From Patescibacteria group bacterium (lineage in GTDB: Bacteria > Patescibacteriota > Microgenomatia > UBA8517), in the NCBI GenBank assembly GCA_035291665.1, contig DATDRP010000006.1, forward strand, positions 145,255-209,254: a DNA stretch of 64,000 bases, written 5' to 3'. Below the pieces are notes generated by a model. The model saw only the letters and a program-made list of their open reading frames with translations, searched no databases and was not told the origin of the DNA. Of the stretch, positions 18,428 to 28,648 are shown one piece after another. The position numbers and the translations under genes are program-made. Numbering within the stretch: the first letter of the stretch is position 1; every line of letters begins with the position of its first letter.

Positions 18428-20071
18428 TTAGACTTTCCAAAGCAGTTTTTTGTAATCCTCAATGACTCTTGTCGTAGAGAAATTTGTTGAAGTGTTTATA
18501 GATCTTCTCATACGTTGAATCCATTCCTGCGGAAGACCATTTTTATCTCTTCCAAAGAACATGGGAGCGATGGAATCTTTGAGGGTTGAATATAAGCTTC
18601 CGGATGGGTTACCCGCATCAAGAATCCACCCGATATCTTTCCAGTCAACCTCAGACACCCAACCGTCAGCTACAGTGCAGCTCAAAACACCGTTTGCGAT
18701 AGCTTTCATACCGGATGTTCCGCTTGCTTCCTGATTGCCCTTGGGAGTATTGAGCCAAACGTCTGATCCGGAGACCAAATTATTGGCTAGTGATATATTG
18801 TAGTTTGGTATAAAAATCGCGTTTCCAAAAAGCTCCTTAGAAAAAATTTCAATAATCCTCTCGATTATTGATTTTGCGTTCGGGTCTGCTGAATGCGAGT
18901 TTCCTGCAAAAAGGATCTGAATCGGGTGATTGATATCAGTAATAATAGATTTGAGTGTTTCTATATCCTGAAAAACAGACATCGGTTGTTTATATTCTGC
19001 AAGCCTTCTTGCCCAAGTTACTACCAATTTGTTCGGATCATATCCGATACCGGTTCTTTTTATAACCGTTTCTGCCAATTCGTGTTTTTTTATTATATGA
19101 AGGTCCCAGATTTGTTCGTCGCTCAGTTGGGTATTTCTGAAGTCGCTATCCTGCCACCTTCCCATGTGTACGCCGTTTGTTATATTAACCCACTCGAAGT
19201 CAGGCCACTGTTTTTTGGCGTATGATTCGTGAAGCTTACTCACACTGTTGTGGCGAATGGATACGGATAATGCAAATTTTGTTATATCAAATTTATTGTT
19301 CGCAACCTTTCCCATGGATAGTAGTCCGCCACCCTCGACATTAAAAAGTTTTGAGTACCCGGAAGTATATTTTTCAAACAATTCTATCGGATAAAGCGGG
19401 TTTCCGGCAGAGACCAGGGTATGATTTGTATAAACAATTTTAGATTTCGCAATGTTCCAACTTTCAGTAAAACTTAATTTTTCATTTTCACTGAGAATAT
19501 TTTTTGTTATTTCCAGAACACACATCGTCGGCCGGCCTTCATTAATATGGTAGACGGATGGCTTGATATTTAATTCATTAAGGAGTTTTACCCCTCCGAT
19601 GCCCAATATAAGCATTTGCCGGACCTGGCTTTCTTCGTCACCGTGGTATAAAGCATCCATATCAGAAATCCATTGCTGGGGATTGCCATCCACGTCAGTT
19701 GAAAGAAAATACAAGGTTACTTTTTCTGATAATCTGATTTGATATGGTTTGACGTAAATTTTATCTCCTCCGAACTCCAGAGTTAACTTAAGAGGTTTAC
19801 CATTTTTGTACGTTGGCCGTAAAAAAGAAGTGTCGTGGTCAAATTCAGTATCTCTTTTCTCTTCGTTTCCGGTACCTGTTATGTGCTGCATGAACCATCT
19901 TCCTTTATAAAGAAGACCCACACCGACCATGGGAAAATCCTGGTCGGCTGCTTCTTGTATGATATCTGCCGATAAAATTCCTAAGCCGCCTGAATATGTC
20001 GGGAGATCATTATCAATTCCGAATTCGGCACATAAAAAAGCAACCGGTTTATTGGGGGCAGAGTTTTCCAC
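18428..20071 (-). CDS. glgP: Alpha-glucan (glycogen/maltodextrin) phosphorylase, GT35 family, short form
   Basis: PLP-lysine signature EASGTSGMK (NQEASGTSGMKAIANG) and GT35 core blocks. Only 547 aa. Confidence 0.8.
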   Translation of the reverse strand: MENSAPNKPVAFLCAEFGIDNDLPTYSGGLGILSADIIQEAADQDFPMVGVGLLYKGRWFMQHITGTGNEEKRDTEFDHDTSFLRPTYKNGKPLKLTLEFGGDKIYVKPYQIRLSEKVTLYFLSTDVDGNPQQWISDMDALYHGDEESQVRQMLILGIGGVKLLNELNIKPSVYHINEGRPTMCVLEITKNILSENEKLSFTESWNIAKSKIVYTNHTLVSAGNPLYPIELFEKYTSGYSKLFNVEGGGLLSMGKVANNKFDITKFALSVSIRHNSVSKLHESYAKKQWPDFEWVNITNGVHMGRWQDSDFRNTQLSDEQIWDLHIIKKHELAETVIKRTGIGYDPNKLVVTWARRLAEYKQPMSVFQDIETLKSIITDINHPIQILFAGNSHSADPNAKSIIERIIEIFSKELFGNAIFIPNYNISLANNLVSGSDVWLNTPKGNQEASGTSGMKAIANGVLSCTVADGWVSEVDWKDIGWILDAGNPSGSLYSTLKDSIAPMFFGRDKNGLPQEWIQRMRRSINTSTNFSTTRVIEDYKKLLWKV

Positions 20072-20186
20072 TATCTAAATTTAACATTTTTTCAAGCTTA
20101 AGAATACCTTCATGAAGATTTGCAATAATTTAATGTTGCACCCCAAGTTGAACTATTCTGGCTATGGCTTATAATGCCTTAGATAC

Positions 20187-21839
20187 ATGATTAACAAAGG
20201 ATCAGTCCCCTTGAGTGAGAAAGAAGATTTCCAAATCTCGGATGAAACGGAAAGGTTGATTAATTCGTACAAGGAAGAATGGTTATATATTGATCGAACC
20301 AAATCTGAGGCAAAATTCCATGTCAGTCAGATCCTAAGCCCCTTAGCATTTTTTTATGAACGGATAAGGAATGCTCTGGACTACAAAGGCGACCATTTGA
20401 TGAGGCGGAATGCAATCGAAAGGATCCTCCGACGTCAGATATGGGAAAAAAGGACGGGTAATCCTTCCGTTTTGTCCGAAACACTTCTGAAAGAACTTAT
20501 TTGGGCACGATATGAAAAAAATGATTATGTTCCGAAAAAAAAGATTCAGATTCTTGAGGTTGTTGTAAGAAAATATTTAAAAATATTTCAACGATTGGAA
20601 ACCGTGAAGAGCGAGAAAGGACTGCAGGAATGTAAGGATTGGTTTATGGGAGTATTTTCTTCGGAAGTAGAAGAGCTATTGGAACCGTCAATATTCTTAA
20701 AAGAATCATTGAACTATGAAGTATTTTCTTGGTTTAAGGAAAATTATGATTGGCAAGAGCACAATCTTTCTGATAAAGACCGGGATATTCAAATTTTCAT
20801 AGCAATACACAGAAGTCTGACCAAATCGGATAAGGCCGGTGTGAGATACCGTCTATTAAAGGTTTACTATCCAAATTGGGATGAAATTGACGATATCGAA
20901 ATCATGAAGTCGTTTGCATCTCTCATTAACCTGATTGACGAAATTGAAGAAAAGCTCAATTCCTTGTACCAACCGAGGCTTTTCCGTTTCATACAAAGGC
21001 AACTACCGGCTTTTTTGATATTGAAAGAAATGATAGATGAAGATTTTGAAGAAGCTGAAAAGATTTTCCAGTCCCCGAAAAAACTCGAGAATAAAATCAC
21101 TGAGGTTTGTAATAAAAAATATTCACAAATAGGTACGAGGATCAGGACGGGAATTATCCGGAGTATTATCTATATTTTTATGACCAAAGCCCTTTTGGCT
21201 TTGATGATAGAAATCCCATATGAACTTTTTGTTACCAAGGATTTGAATTTTGCATCACTTTCGATAAATGTACTTTTCCCTCCGACCTTAATGTTTTTGG
21301 TGGGAATGACCATCAGAAAACCGGGTGATGAAAATACACAAAGAATTATCCAAATAATCAAGAGCTTTGTATATGAGCATAAAAAGACGGGAAGGTATGA
21401 GTTTTCTTTGGAACGTAAAAAATTGGGGGGATTAGTGAGTCAAATATTTTTGGTGCTTTATCTTCTTATGTTTTTGATTACATTCGGCGGAATCGGGTTA
21501 ATTCTATTGGATTTGGGCTTCAATCTTTTAAGCGCGGGAATGTTTTTTATTTTTTTATCATTGGTGCTTCTTTTTGTTTACAGGGTCCGGTACACAGCAA
21601 CAGAATTAAATGTTCAGGGTGAACGGGAAGGTTTTTTGAGTCACCTTTTTTCCAATTTTACGATACCGCTTTTGAATCTCGGACAGGTAATTTCAAACGG
21701 GTTCAGGAAACTGAACTTTATTTTATTATTTATGGATTTTCTGATTGAAGTTCCGCTTAAAAGCATTATCGCAATTTTTGAAGAATGGAGCATGTTCATG
21801 AGGGAAAAAAGGGAAGAAGTTATTGAAATTCCGAATTAG
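20187..21839 (+). CDS. Hypothetical protein: large N-terminal soluble domain plus C-terminal multi-TM region
   Basis: 550-aa ORF. ~5 hydrophobic helices in the last 230 aa. No recognisable motif. Confidence 0.5.
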   Translation: MINKGSVPLSEKEDFQISDETERLINSYKEEWLYIDRTKSEAKFHVSQILSPLAFFYERIRNALDYKGDHLMRRNAIERILRRQIWEKRTGNPSVLSETLLKELIWARYEKNDYVPKKKIQILEVVVRKYLKIFQRLETVKSEKGLQECKDWFMGVFSSEVEELLEPSIFLKESLNYEVFSWFKENYDWQEHNLSDKDRDIQIFIAIHRSLTKSDKAGVRYRLLKVYYPNWDEIDDIEIMKSFASLINLIDEIEEKLNSLYQPRLFRFIQRQLPAFLILKEMIDEDFEEAEKIFQSPKKLENKITEVCNKKYSQIGTRIRTGIIRSIIYIFMTKALLALMIEIPYELFVTKDLNFASLSINVLFPPTLMFLVGMTIRKPGDENTQRIIQIIKSFVYEHKKTGRYEFSLERKKLGGLVSQIFLVLYLLMFLITFGGIGLILLDLGFNLLSAGMFFIFLSLVLLFVYRVRYTATELNVQGEREGFLSHLFSNFTIPLLNLGQVISNGFRKLNFILLFMDFLIEVPLKSIIAIFEEWSMFMREKREEVIEIPN

Positions 21840-22712
21840 CTATTTTCCATAGTCAAAATAACCGTCCTTGAATCCCTCTATTATTTCTCTTATTAGCTCG
21901 CCTGCTTTTTTGGCTGCAGCCCTCGGTAGGTCGCCTGCGCCCGAGAAAATAGAATCCTTAGGGCAAGCAGTTAAAGAATCATCTTCATCAAGCTTATGCG
22001 ATTCACTGGTTAGAACCGGAATTGTTCCTGCGGATTGTTCAACGAAAACTCTTGTGTTAATAGTTTCGAATCTTTTGTTGATTTCCCAGATGCCGCTAAT
22101 TGCGGGACTTTTATCAGATCCTAATGGACTACCGAGAAGGTCATTTTTTTCCAAATCAGTCAGTTCACAGTTAAAATTCTCAATTAGTCCCAAACCTTTG
22201 GTACCGGTAGGTGTATTTACGCCAAATACTGCGTAAATCGCATCTCCCGTAAACGGGCGGGGGATTTTGACAACATATGTTATGAGTACGTCATTAAGTG
22301 TGATCTGCTCACCGCCGGAGTTTTCTCTGACATCTTTTAGAATTTTATCATCGGGATTCGGCGTTGGAGTTAAAGTGTCAAGGGGAATTGCAGTGGTAGG
22401 TCTTGTCGTTGGTGATTCAACTGTAAATTTTGCAGGAGTTAAGGTTGGTGTAGGTAGAATAACTATTGTCGGTACTTCTTTTTTGGTTTGCAATTCAGAA
22501 ACCTGAGTTTGGAGGGCATTTTGGGTAGCCTGAAGTTTTTGATATTCTTTTAGTAAATCTTTGGGCACTGAAGTTTCCTGAATTTTATTTCCACTTTCTT
22601 CCGCTTCATCCTGGGTAGATGAATTTACCGGTCTGCATGCGGAAACAAACATCGATGCGATAGTTATATACGAACCGGTTCTGATTAACCAATTGGGGTT
22701 ATCTTTCCTCAT
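21840..22712 (-). CDS. Hypothetical lipoprotein with PT-rich linker
   Basis: Lipobox-like ...ASMFVSAC. Coiled-coil segment. TPTLTP...TLTPTPNP linker. C-terminal globular domain. Confidence 0.5.
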   Translation of the reverse strand: MRKDNPNWLIRTGSYITIASMFVSACRPVNSSTQDEAEESGNKIQETSVPKDLLKEYQKLQATQNALQTQVSELQTKKEVPTIVILPTPTLTPAKFTVESPTTRPTTAIPLDTLTPTPNPDDKILKDVRENSGGEQITLNDVLITYVVKIPRPFTGDAIYAVFGVNTPTGTKGLGLIENFNCELTDLEKNDLLGSPLGSDKSPAISGIWEINKRFETINTRVFVEQSAGTIPVLTSESHKLDEDDSLTACPKDSIFSGAGDLPRAAAKKAGELIREIIEGFKDGYFDYGK

Positions 22713-22740
22713 GTTGTATTATACCAAGGAAAGTAAATAT

Positions 22741-23334
22741 CTAGCCAAGAAGTTCGGCTATTTTATTCCAATCAACCACGTTCCACCAGGCTTCGATGTA
22801 CTCGGCTCTGCGGTTTTGATATCGAAGATAATAAGCATGTTCCCAGAGATCCAGTCCCAAAAGCACAGTATAAGCTTTACTTACCGGTGAATCCTGATTT
22901 TGTGTTGTTGTTATTTCAAGCGTATTGTTTTTTTGTACAAGCCATGTCCAACCACTGCCAAAAAGGGTTGTTGCCTTGTCCGAAAATATATTTTTAAAAT
23001 TATCGATGCTTCCAAAACCTGTTGAAATAGCTTTTTTGACTTTGTCATCAGGTTCATTTTTCTCAGGCGTCATCATTTGCCAAAAAAGACTGTGATTGAG
23101 ATGGCCGCCGCCGAAATTTATTACTTTCGATCTTATTTCGGAAGGAAGATCTTCAGGGTTTTTCAGAAGCTCCTCGATAGGCTTTTCTTTTAGATTTTCA
23201 AAATCCTTCAACACATCATTAAGCTTGTCCACGTATCCCTGATGGTGTTTGGTATGATGGATTTTCATCGTTTCCTGGTCGATGTAGGGTTCCAGGTCGT
23301 TATATTCGTATGGAAGCGTCGGAAGTTTATACAT
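22741..23334 (-). CDS. sodA: Fe/Mn superoxide dismutase
   Basis: HHTKHHQ...GGGHLNHSLFW...DLWEHAYYL: the four metal ligands and SOD Fe/Mn signatures. Confidence 0.9.
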   Translation of the reverse strand: MYKLPTLPYEYNDLEPYIDQETMKIHHTKHHQGYVDKLNDVLKDFENLKEKPIEELLKNPEDLPSEIRSKVINFGGGHLNHSLFWQMMTPEKNEPDDKVKKAISTGFGSIDNFKNIFSDKATTLFGSGWTWLVQKNNTLEITTTQNQDSPVSKAYTVLLGLDLWEHAYYLRYQNRRAEYIEAWWNVVDWNKIAELLG

Positions 23335-23831
23335 GTAGAAAGGTTATCTTCATGAATATCATTTGTCAAGGCTGTTTTACCTCTTGCAATGCGGAAAAAC
23401 GTCTGATAAGATTCAATCCTTCATCGAATAGTTCCATTAATTTTTCTGCCTGAGCGTTGTTTTAATTTATGAATTTAAAAGCCGAGGAAGCATTTTATGT
23501 GGTAGCATTTTTCTCATTTTTAGCCTTCTTTCTGGTGCTTACAGGCATTGTTGGGTTTCTTATTTAAAAATCCAAAAATCACCAGTTGAGGTAGATCATT
23601 ATACTCCCCGCAATCCAAATCACGACGCCAATTGAAGCTAAGGCTTTGTTGAAAAACGAAAGGATTAAAAGGGCGAAAAAGATTATCACGTGAGGTCCGT
23701 ACTTCCGCAGATTTCTGTTGACGTTGTAATTATTGAACAGGTTCTCCAAGTTCATGGTTTAATAATATCATGTCTAAAAGATTAGGTGTTATATTCCATT
23801 ATTACAACAACAACAATGGTTACATTGAAGG

Positions 23832-24119
23832 TTGTTGGCCTTGGTTGACTATGTAATAATACAAAATATGTCGGACACAAAAATACTACAAGCGATATTG
23901 GATAGTCAAAAGGCAATAAAAGAAGAGCTTAAGGGTGATATTGGTAAGGTTGGAAAAGACATTTTACGTGTTGAGAAAAAGGTTGACCGGAATGGAGAAA
24001 GGATAGATAAACTTGGTTTGCAACTTGCACGACTGGAGGATGATGCTCCAACAGTAGAGGAATTTGATAATTTGGATAAGAGAATGGGGAAATTGGAAAA
24101 GACAGTTGCTTCAATTTAA
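23832..24119 (+). CDS. Hypothetical coiled-coil protein
   Basis: 95-aa charged, heptad-like sequence. No motif. Confidence 0.3.
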   Translation: MLALVDYVIIQNMSDTKILQAILDSQKAIKEELKGDIGKVGKDILRVEKKVDRNGERIDKLGLQLARLEDDAPTVEEFDNLDKRMGKLEKTVASI

Positions 24120-24229
24120 CTTTTGATAAATTAGGTGAATTTAGGAGTTATCTTTTGAGTTAAGATGCGTAAATCAAAAAAGGTAATTAATCCCTGCATA
24201 CTATATGTCATCTACTATATACTAAATTA

Positions 24230-25762
24230 ATGTTGGCAAAAATTTCTTCCGGGGCAACGGTGGGACTTAATGCAACACTCATTGATGTTGAAGTAGATAT
24301 TGCAAATGGCTTACCGACTTTTACTATAGTTGGGCTTCCTGATAAGGCAGTAGAGGAAAGCCGCGAACGTGTCCGCTCCGCTCTGAAAAATTCCGGCGCA
24401 GACTTTCCGATGAGCAGGATCACAGTCAATCTGGCACCTGCCGATCTTCCGAAAGCCGGTCCTGCATATGACCTTCCGATTGCTTTAGGGATATTGATTG
24501 CGTCTGAGCAAATAAGACCGGATGTCAAGAAATATTTATTTTATGGTGAGCTTTCATTGGACGGCAACCTCCGCCATACAAACGGAATATTACCTTTGGC
24601 GTATTTGGCCAAAGAGAAGAAGTTTGACGGCGTTTTTATACCCAGAATTAATGATCAGGAAGCCTCTGTAGTGAGAGGAATAAAAGTTTATCCCGTAGAA
24701 TCTCTTCTTGAGCTGGTAAGATTTTTCAGCGGAACTGTAAAAATTATACCTTCCAAGCAAATTTCATTATCGAGTCTTCTGAAAACAGTTGAAGCAGAAT
24801 TCGATTTTTCAGAAATTATAGGTCAGGAACAAGCCAAACGGGCAATGGAAATTGCCGCGGCAGGGAACCACAACATCTTTATGAAAGGTTCGCCCGGTTC
24901 CGGAAAAACCATGCTATCCCGGGCGCTTCCGGGAATTTTGCCGGTTCTAACTGAAGACGAAGCCCTGGAAGTAACAAAAATTTATTCGATAACGGGGAAT
25001 CTTCCTCCCGGACAGGCGATCGTTACAACCCGGCCATTCCGTAGCCCTCATCACACCACCAGCAGGATAGGGCTAATTGGAGGAGGAACAAATCCGTCAC
25101 CCGGCGAGGTTTCGCTCGCACATCGAGGAGTTTTATTTTTGGATGAGTTTCCCGAATTCCCAAGGAATGTTTTGGAATCCCTGCGTCAGCCGATGGAGGA
25201 TGGGATTGTGACAATCTCGCGGGCAAAAGGAACAGTTTCATATCCGGCGAAATTTTTACTGGTTGCAGCATCAAATCCATGTCCTTGCGGCTATTTTGGC
25301 GATGCCAAAAGACGCTGTAAATGTCTTCCTGGAACGATTTCCCGATATCAAAAAAGAGTTTCAGGACCGATTCTCGACCGGATCGATATTCATGTTTCGG
25401 TTCCAAGCGTTGATACACAAAAACTTATTGACATCAAGAGTAACAGCAAGAGCAAGAGTTCAAAAGAAATACAAGAAAAAGTTCAGAAAGCAAGAGACAT
25501 TCAGATAAAAAGGTTTAGAGGAACGAGAATAAGATCAAATGCAGAGATGAGTACAAAAAATGTCAAAGAGTTGGCTCCCCTATCTCAAGAATGTCGTACA
25601 ATGATGATATCTGCAACTGCAACAATGGATTTGACCGCAAGATCGTATTTTAAAGTTGTGAAGATTACCCGGACGATCGCCGACTTGGAAGGTGCAACCG
25701 ACATTTCCACAACCCATTTGGCTGAAGCTCTTCAATACCGTCCGATGCAGGACGATTTTTAA
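24230..25762 (+). CDS. comM: YifB/ComM family Mg-chelatase-like AAA+ ATPase
   Basis: N-terminal Lon-like/ChlI domain (GLPTFTIVGLPDKAVEESRERVRSAL), Walker A GSPGSGKT, Walker B LFLDEF, C-terminal Mg_chelatase_C. Confidence 0.85.
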   Translation: MLAKISSGATVGLNATLIDVEVDIANGLPTFTIVGLPDKAVEESRERVRSALKNSGADFPMSRITVNLAPADLPKAGPAYDLPIALGILIASEQIRPDVKKYLFYGELSLDGNLRHTNGILPLAYLAKEKKFDGVFIPRINDQEASVVRGIKVYPVESLLELVRFFSGTVKIIPSKQISLSSLLKTVEAEFDFSEIIGQEQAKRAMEIAAAGNHNIFMKGSPGSGKTMLSRALPGILPVLTEDEALEVTKIYSITGNLPPGQAIVTTRPFRSPHHTTSRIGLIGGGTNPSPGEVSLAHRGVLFLDEFPEFPRNVLESLRQPMEDGIVTISRAKGTVSYPAKFLLVAASNPCPCGYFGDAKRRCKCLPGTISRYQKRVSGPILDRIDIHVSVPSVDTQKLIDIKSNSKSKSSKEIQEKVQKARDIQIKRFRGTRIRSNAEMSTKNVKELAPLSQECRTMMISATATMDLTARSYFKVVKITRTIADLEGATDISTTHLAEALQYRPMQDDF

Positions 25763-25854
25763 CAATAAATTCTGAGTTTACCGAAGGACAGTATCGTCCT
25801 AAAGAAAGTGATTTTTGGAAGCAGCGAAATAAAAATTAAGTGAAGTTTAACACT

Positions 25855-26112
25855 TTATTCCTCCCCGATCGGTAGATTTCCTCTTCCACCCCAAAAGCAA
25901 GAATTTGAAACACTCTCCCCTTTTCTGGGACAAAATGTTACAAACGTTCCGTCGGCTTTATTGAAATAGGACACTCTTAATAGTCCGCATACTCCGCAAT
26001 TTCCAAGAATTTTTAATATATTACCTCCGGGAATACTCATAATAATACCCAAGCCATCCGGATTTAATCCCAACCTTGAAAGAAATTCGGGATTGACTTC
26101 ACTTTTTGGCAT
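25855..26112 (-). CDS. Hypothetical protein
   Basis: 85-aa ORF in an otherwise empty 460-nt gap. No motif. Confidence 0.25.
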   Translation of the reverse strand: MPKSEVNPEFLSRLGLNPDGLGIIMSIPGGNILKILGNCGVCGLLRVSYFNKADGTFVTFCPRKGESVSNSCFWGGRGNLPIGEE

Positions 26113-26219
26113 ATGTTGGGCGATTTTAACAAAATTTTAGAAATATTTCACCCATAGTTGTTGAATCATTTAGATGATAGTTTTTTCCAGTAAGGAAGAA
26201 CTTATGGGTAGAATACTAA

Positions 26220-26729
26220 TTAGACAAAGAATTTTATAAAGTCCTCGGTATACGGATATTCATGATCGGATCTCGGTTTGGAAATGATCTTAATACTTGA
26301 ATTTACTTTTTCGATAAGGTTTTTGACGTCGCCGAATTTTGCGTGATTATCATTTTCATTTTGAATAATTAGTACCCGACCGGATTGAATATCGGAAAGG
26401 ACATCAAAGCGTTTTTGATCTGCTTCCAAAAAGTCATTGAGAGGAATCCCGCAAAGTAAAATTTTACCGATTTTGTCGGGTTTGATTTTCAACATTTCCA
26501 TAGCCACCAAGGTTCCAACTGATTTTGCCAGAAGATCAATTTTTTCTTCACTTACCAGATCAAGAATTTTATTTGCCTGACTTTCAATCCACCCGGCTTC
26601 TGATTTACCTGTTTCCCAGTGCGGCCAATAGATAACTCTAGTCGGAACATGTGTTTCCAACTCAGCCTTGATTTGTTCCGCCCAATCTTTATTTTTCAAA
26701 GAGTAGGCCGGAAGAATAACTACGGGCAT
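26220..26729 (-). CDS. Alpha/beta-hydrolase-fold protein (putative esterase)
   Basis: Nucleophile elbow AKSVG (GxSxG-like), a later Asp, and His near the C-terminus. 169 aa. Confidence 0.4.
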   Translation of the reverse strand: MPVVILPAYSLKNKDWAEQIKAELETHVPTRVIYWPHWETGKSEAGWIESQANKILDLVSEEKIDLLAKSVGTLVAMEMLKIKPDKIGKILLCGIPLNDFLEADQKRFDVLSDIQSGRVLIIQNENDNHAKFGDVKNLIEKVNSSIKIISKPRSDHEYPYTEDFIKFFV

Positions 26730-26858
26730 ATCAGAATCTTAACATAAAGTTATAATTTTTTAACTTTTAGGACACGAATTTTAGCCAATTATTTTAAGAT
26801 ATTAAATCCAAATAAAAAAGACTTGAAACAGGATATATTGGTTAACCTATAATCACTC

Positions 26859-27167
26859 ATGCCGGAAAGAAAAAGGTGCGGAGCGCAGATTCACCACCCC
26901 AATTGTGATGGCTGGGCAAACTCCATTGATCATTTTACCCCGAAGTGCATAGGACAGGCTTTCGGTTTGGAGAAAAAAGAAGTAGCGTCAGAGGAAAATC
27001 TGGTACCGATGAATAAGCTTTGCCACAGACTGAAAGATCAATCAACAACTCAGCGTTATCAATTACTAATGAAACAAAAGAGGGGAAGCAGTATTTCCCT
27101 TGATGATTATAGAAATATGAGAAATAGGTATGATCTTGTTTTTGTAACCGAAGGCTCCAGTGACTAA
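26859..27167 (+). CDS. HNH endonuclease family protein
   Basis: C...H..NC......DH..P......N...CH(x)...: Cys pair plus HNH catalytic His-Asn-His spacing. Confidence 0.5.
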   Translation: MPERKRCGAQIHHPNCDGWANSIDHFTPKCIGQAFGLEKKEVASEENLVPMNKLCHRLKDQSTTQRYQLLMKQKRGSSISLDDYRNMRNRYDLVFVTEGSSD

Positions 27168-27196
27168 GTGGCTAATACTTTTGCTACAATATTCTC

Positions 27197-27640
27197 ATGC
27201 GAATTGTTGTTCAAAGAGTAAAAAGTTGCAAAGTTTCTGTATCCGAAAAAACTGTCGGGGAAATTGGAAATGGTTTTTTGGTCTTATTGGGGATCAAAAG
27301 GGGTGATTCGGAAAAAGATGTTGAAGAATTGGTTGATAAGCTTTACAAGCTTCGTATAATGTCAGACCAAGAGGATAAAATGAATCTGACAGTTACGGAA
27401 GCTGGAGCCTCGATTTTGGTAGTTTCTCAATTTACTCTTTACGCCAATACGAAAAAAGGAAACAGGCCAAGTTTTATTCAAGCCGAAGATTCAGGAAAAG
27501 CTGAAGTGCTGTATAAAAAATTTGTATCTATTTTGAAAGAAAAGAACGTCCCCGTTCAAACGGGAGAATTCGGTTCATATATGAAAATTGATGCACAACT
27601 TGATGGTCCTGTGACTATAATATTAGAAAGTGGAAAATAA
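27197..27640 (+). CDS. dtd: D-aminoacyl-tRNA deacylase
   Basis: MRIVVQRV...SQFTLYA...: the canonical Dtd SQFTL motif and Gly-cisPro-like region. 147 aa. Confidence 0.85.
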   Translation: MRIVVQRVKSCKVSVSEKTVGEIGNGFLVLLGIKRGDSEKDVEELVDKLYKLRIMSDQEDKMNLTVTEAGASILVVSQFTLYANTKKGNRPSFIQAEDSGKAEVLYKKFVSILKEKNVPVQTGEFGSYMKIDAQLDGPVTIILESGK

Positions 27641-28322
27641 CATACCTATTACAAATACTCAGGCGGGAAGCGAAAAAGTAAGCCGGGGAAAATTTTGGCT
27701 TTCAGTTGTTAATATTATCTTTAAAGTCTTTTTCCTCTCATCTTCTTTAGTACTATCAGTACTTGTTCTTATTGGAACATTTCACCTTGGGTATCTCAAT
27801 GGATTTGCATCGGGAGAGAAAGCGACCGAAGAATATTTTGTAAAACTTATCGAAGCGGATGGCGGAGAAAGCAGTTTTGTTGTAACTCAAAATCAGGAAA
27901 GCAATCAAAAGTCCATCAACAAACTGGATTTAACATACGGACAAAATGTTACCTGGGGAGGGCCAGAACTTTGGGATTCCGTGAATGCAAAAAGAGTTGA
28001 ATACGGAGTTAACCCTCTTGGTAAGCGTGATGATCTATGCACGATAGCATCAATCCGTTTGAATGAACTTTTGGAGCTTCAAAAATTGGATGGTCATGAG
28101 GGTTTTTCCACCATGACGGAAAAACGTCCAGATCTGAAATGGATTTTTGATAAGTATTCGACAATAGCCGAATTTCTGGCAGTAGGTGGAGAAACGCCCC
28201 AAAAAACCGTCGAGCTTTGGGATAATACGCTTGGGCATAAAAAGCTACTTAATGGTGGGGAATATGTATGGGGATGTATTTATTCCCAAAATACGTTCGC
28301 AGTTGCTATTGCAGCGTATTAA
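27630..28322 (+). CDS. Hypothetical membrane-anchored extracytoplasmic protein (weak CAP/SCP-like features)
   Basis: One N-terminal TM. C-terminal GHKKLL..GEYVWGC is reminiscent of CAP-domain His/Cys blocks. Not conclusive. Confidence 0.4.
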   Translation: MENNIPITNTQAGSEKVSRGKFWLSVVNIIFKVFFLSSSLVLSVLVLIGTFHLGYLNGFASGEKATEEYFVKLIEADGGESSFVVTQNQESNQKSINKLDLTYGQNVTWGGPELWDSVNAKRVEYGVNPLGKRDDLCTIASIRLNELLELQKLDGHEGFSTMTEKRPDLKWIFDKYSTIAEFLAVGGETPQKTVELWDNTLGHKKLLNGGEYVWGCIYSQNTFAVAIAAY

Positions 28323-28648
28323 CTTCATCAGCTTCAGTCCCCGGTAAGGTAACAGAAAATTGGCGAAATAAAAAAAGATATAACAAAAAGTATTATAGTA
28401 ACAACTGAAAATAATACTGCATTCCTGAACCTTTTTAGAATTATTTTTCTTTCGACCTTTTTTTTAGCAATTAACCTAAATAGAAAGTAGGTGCCGGAAA
28501 CTAAATTGGATAAAGACAGTAAAAGAAAAATAAATAAAACCAACTTGTAAATATAGCTGAAGTTAATTAGCTATTTAGTAAATTTGTTGAAACAAAAATA
28601 GATCGGATAAGGCGGGTCGATCATGATGTCATCTACCATAAAACTTGC

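Noticed and set aside
28334-28543. 69-aa minus-strand ORF in the 330-nt gap before nth
   Set aside because: AT-rich low-complexity region (Lys/Phe/Ile rich) with no RBS. More likely a non-coding regulatory/terminator region. Kept out of the feature list.
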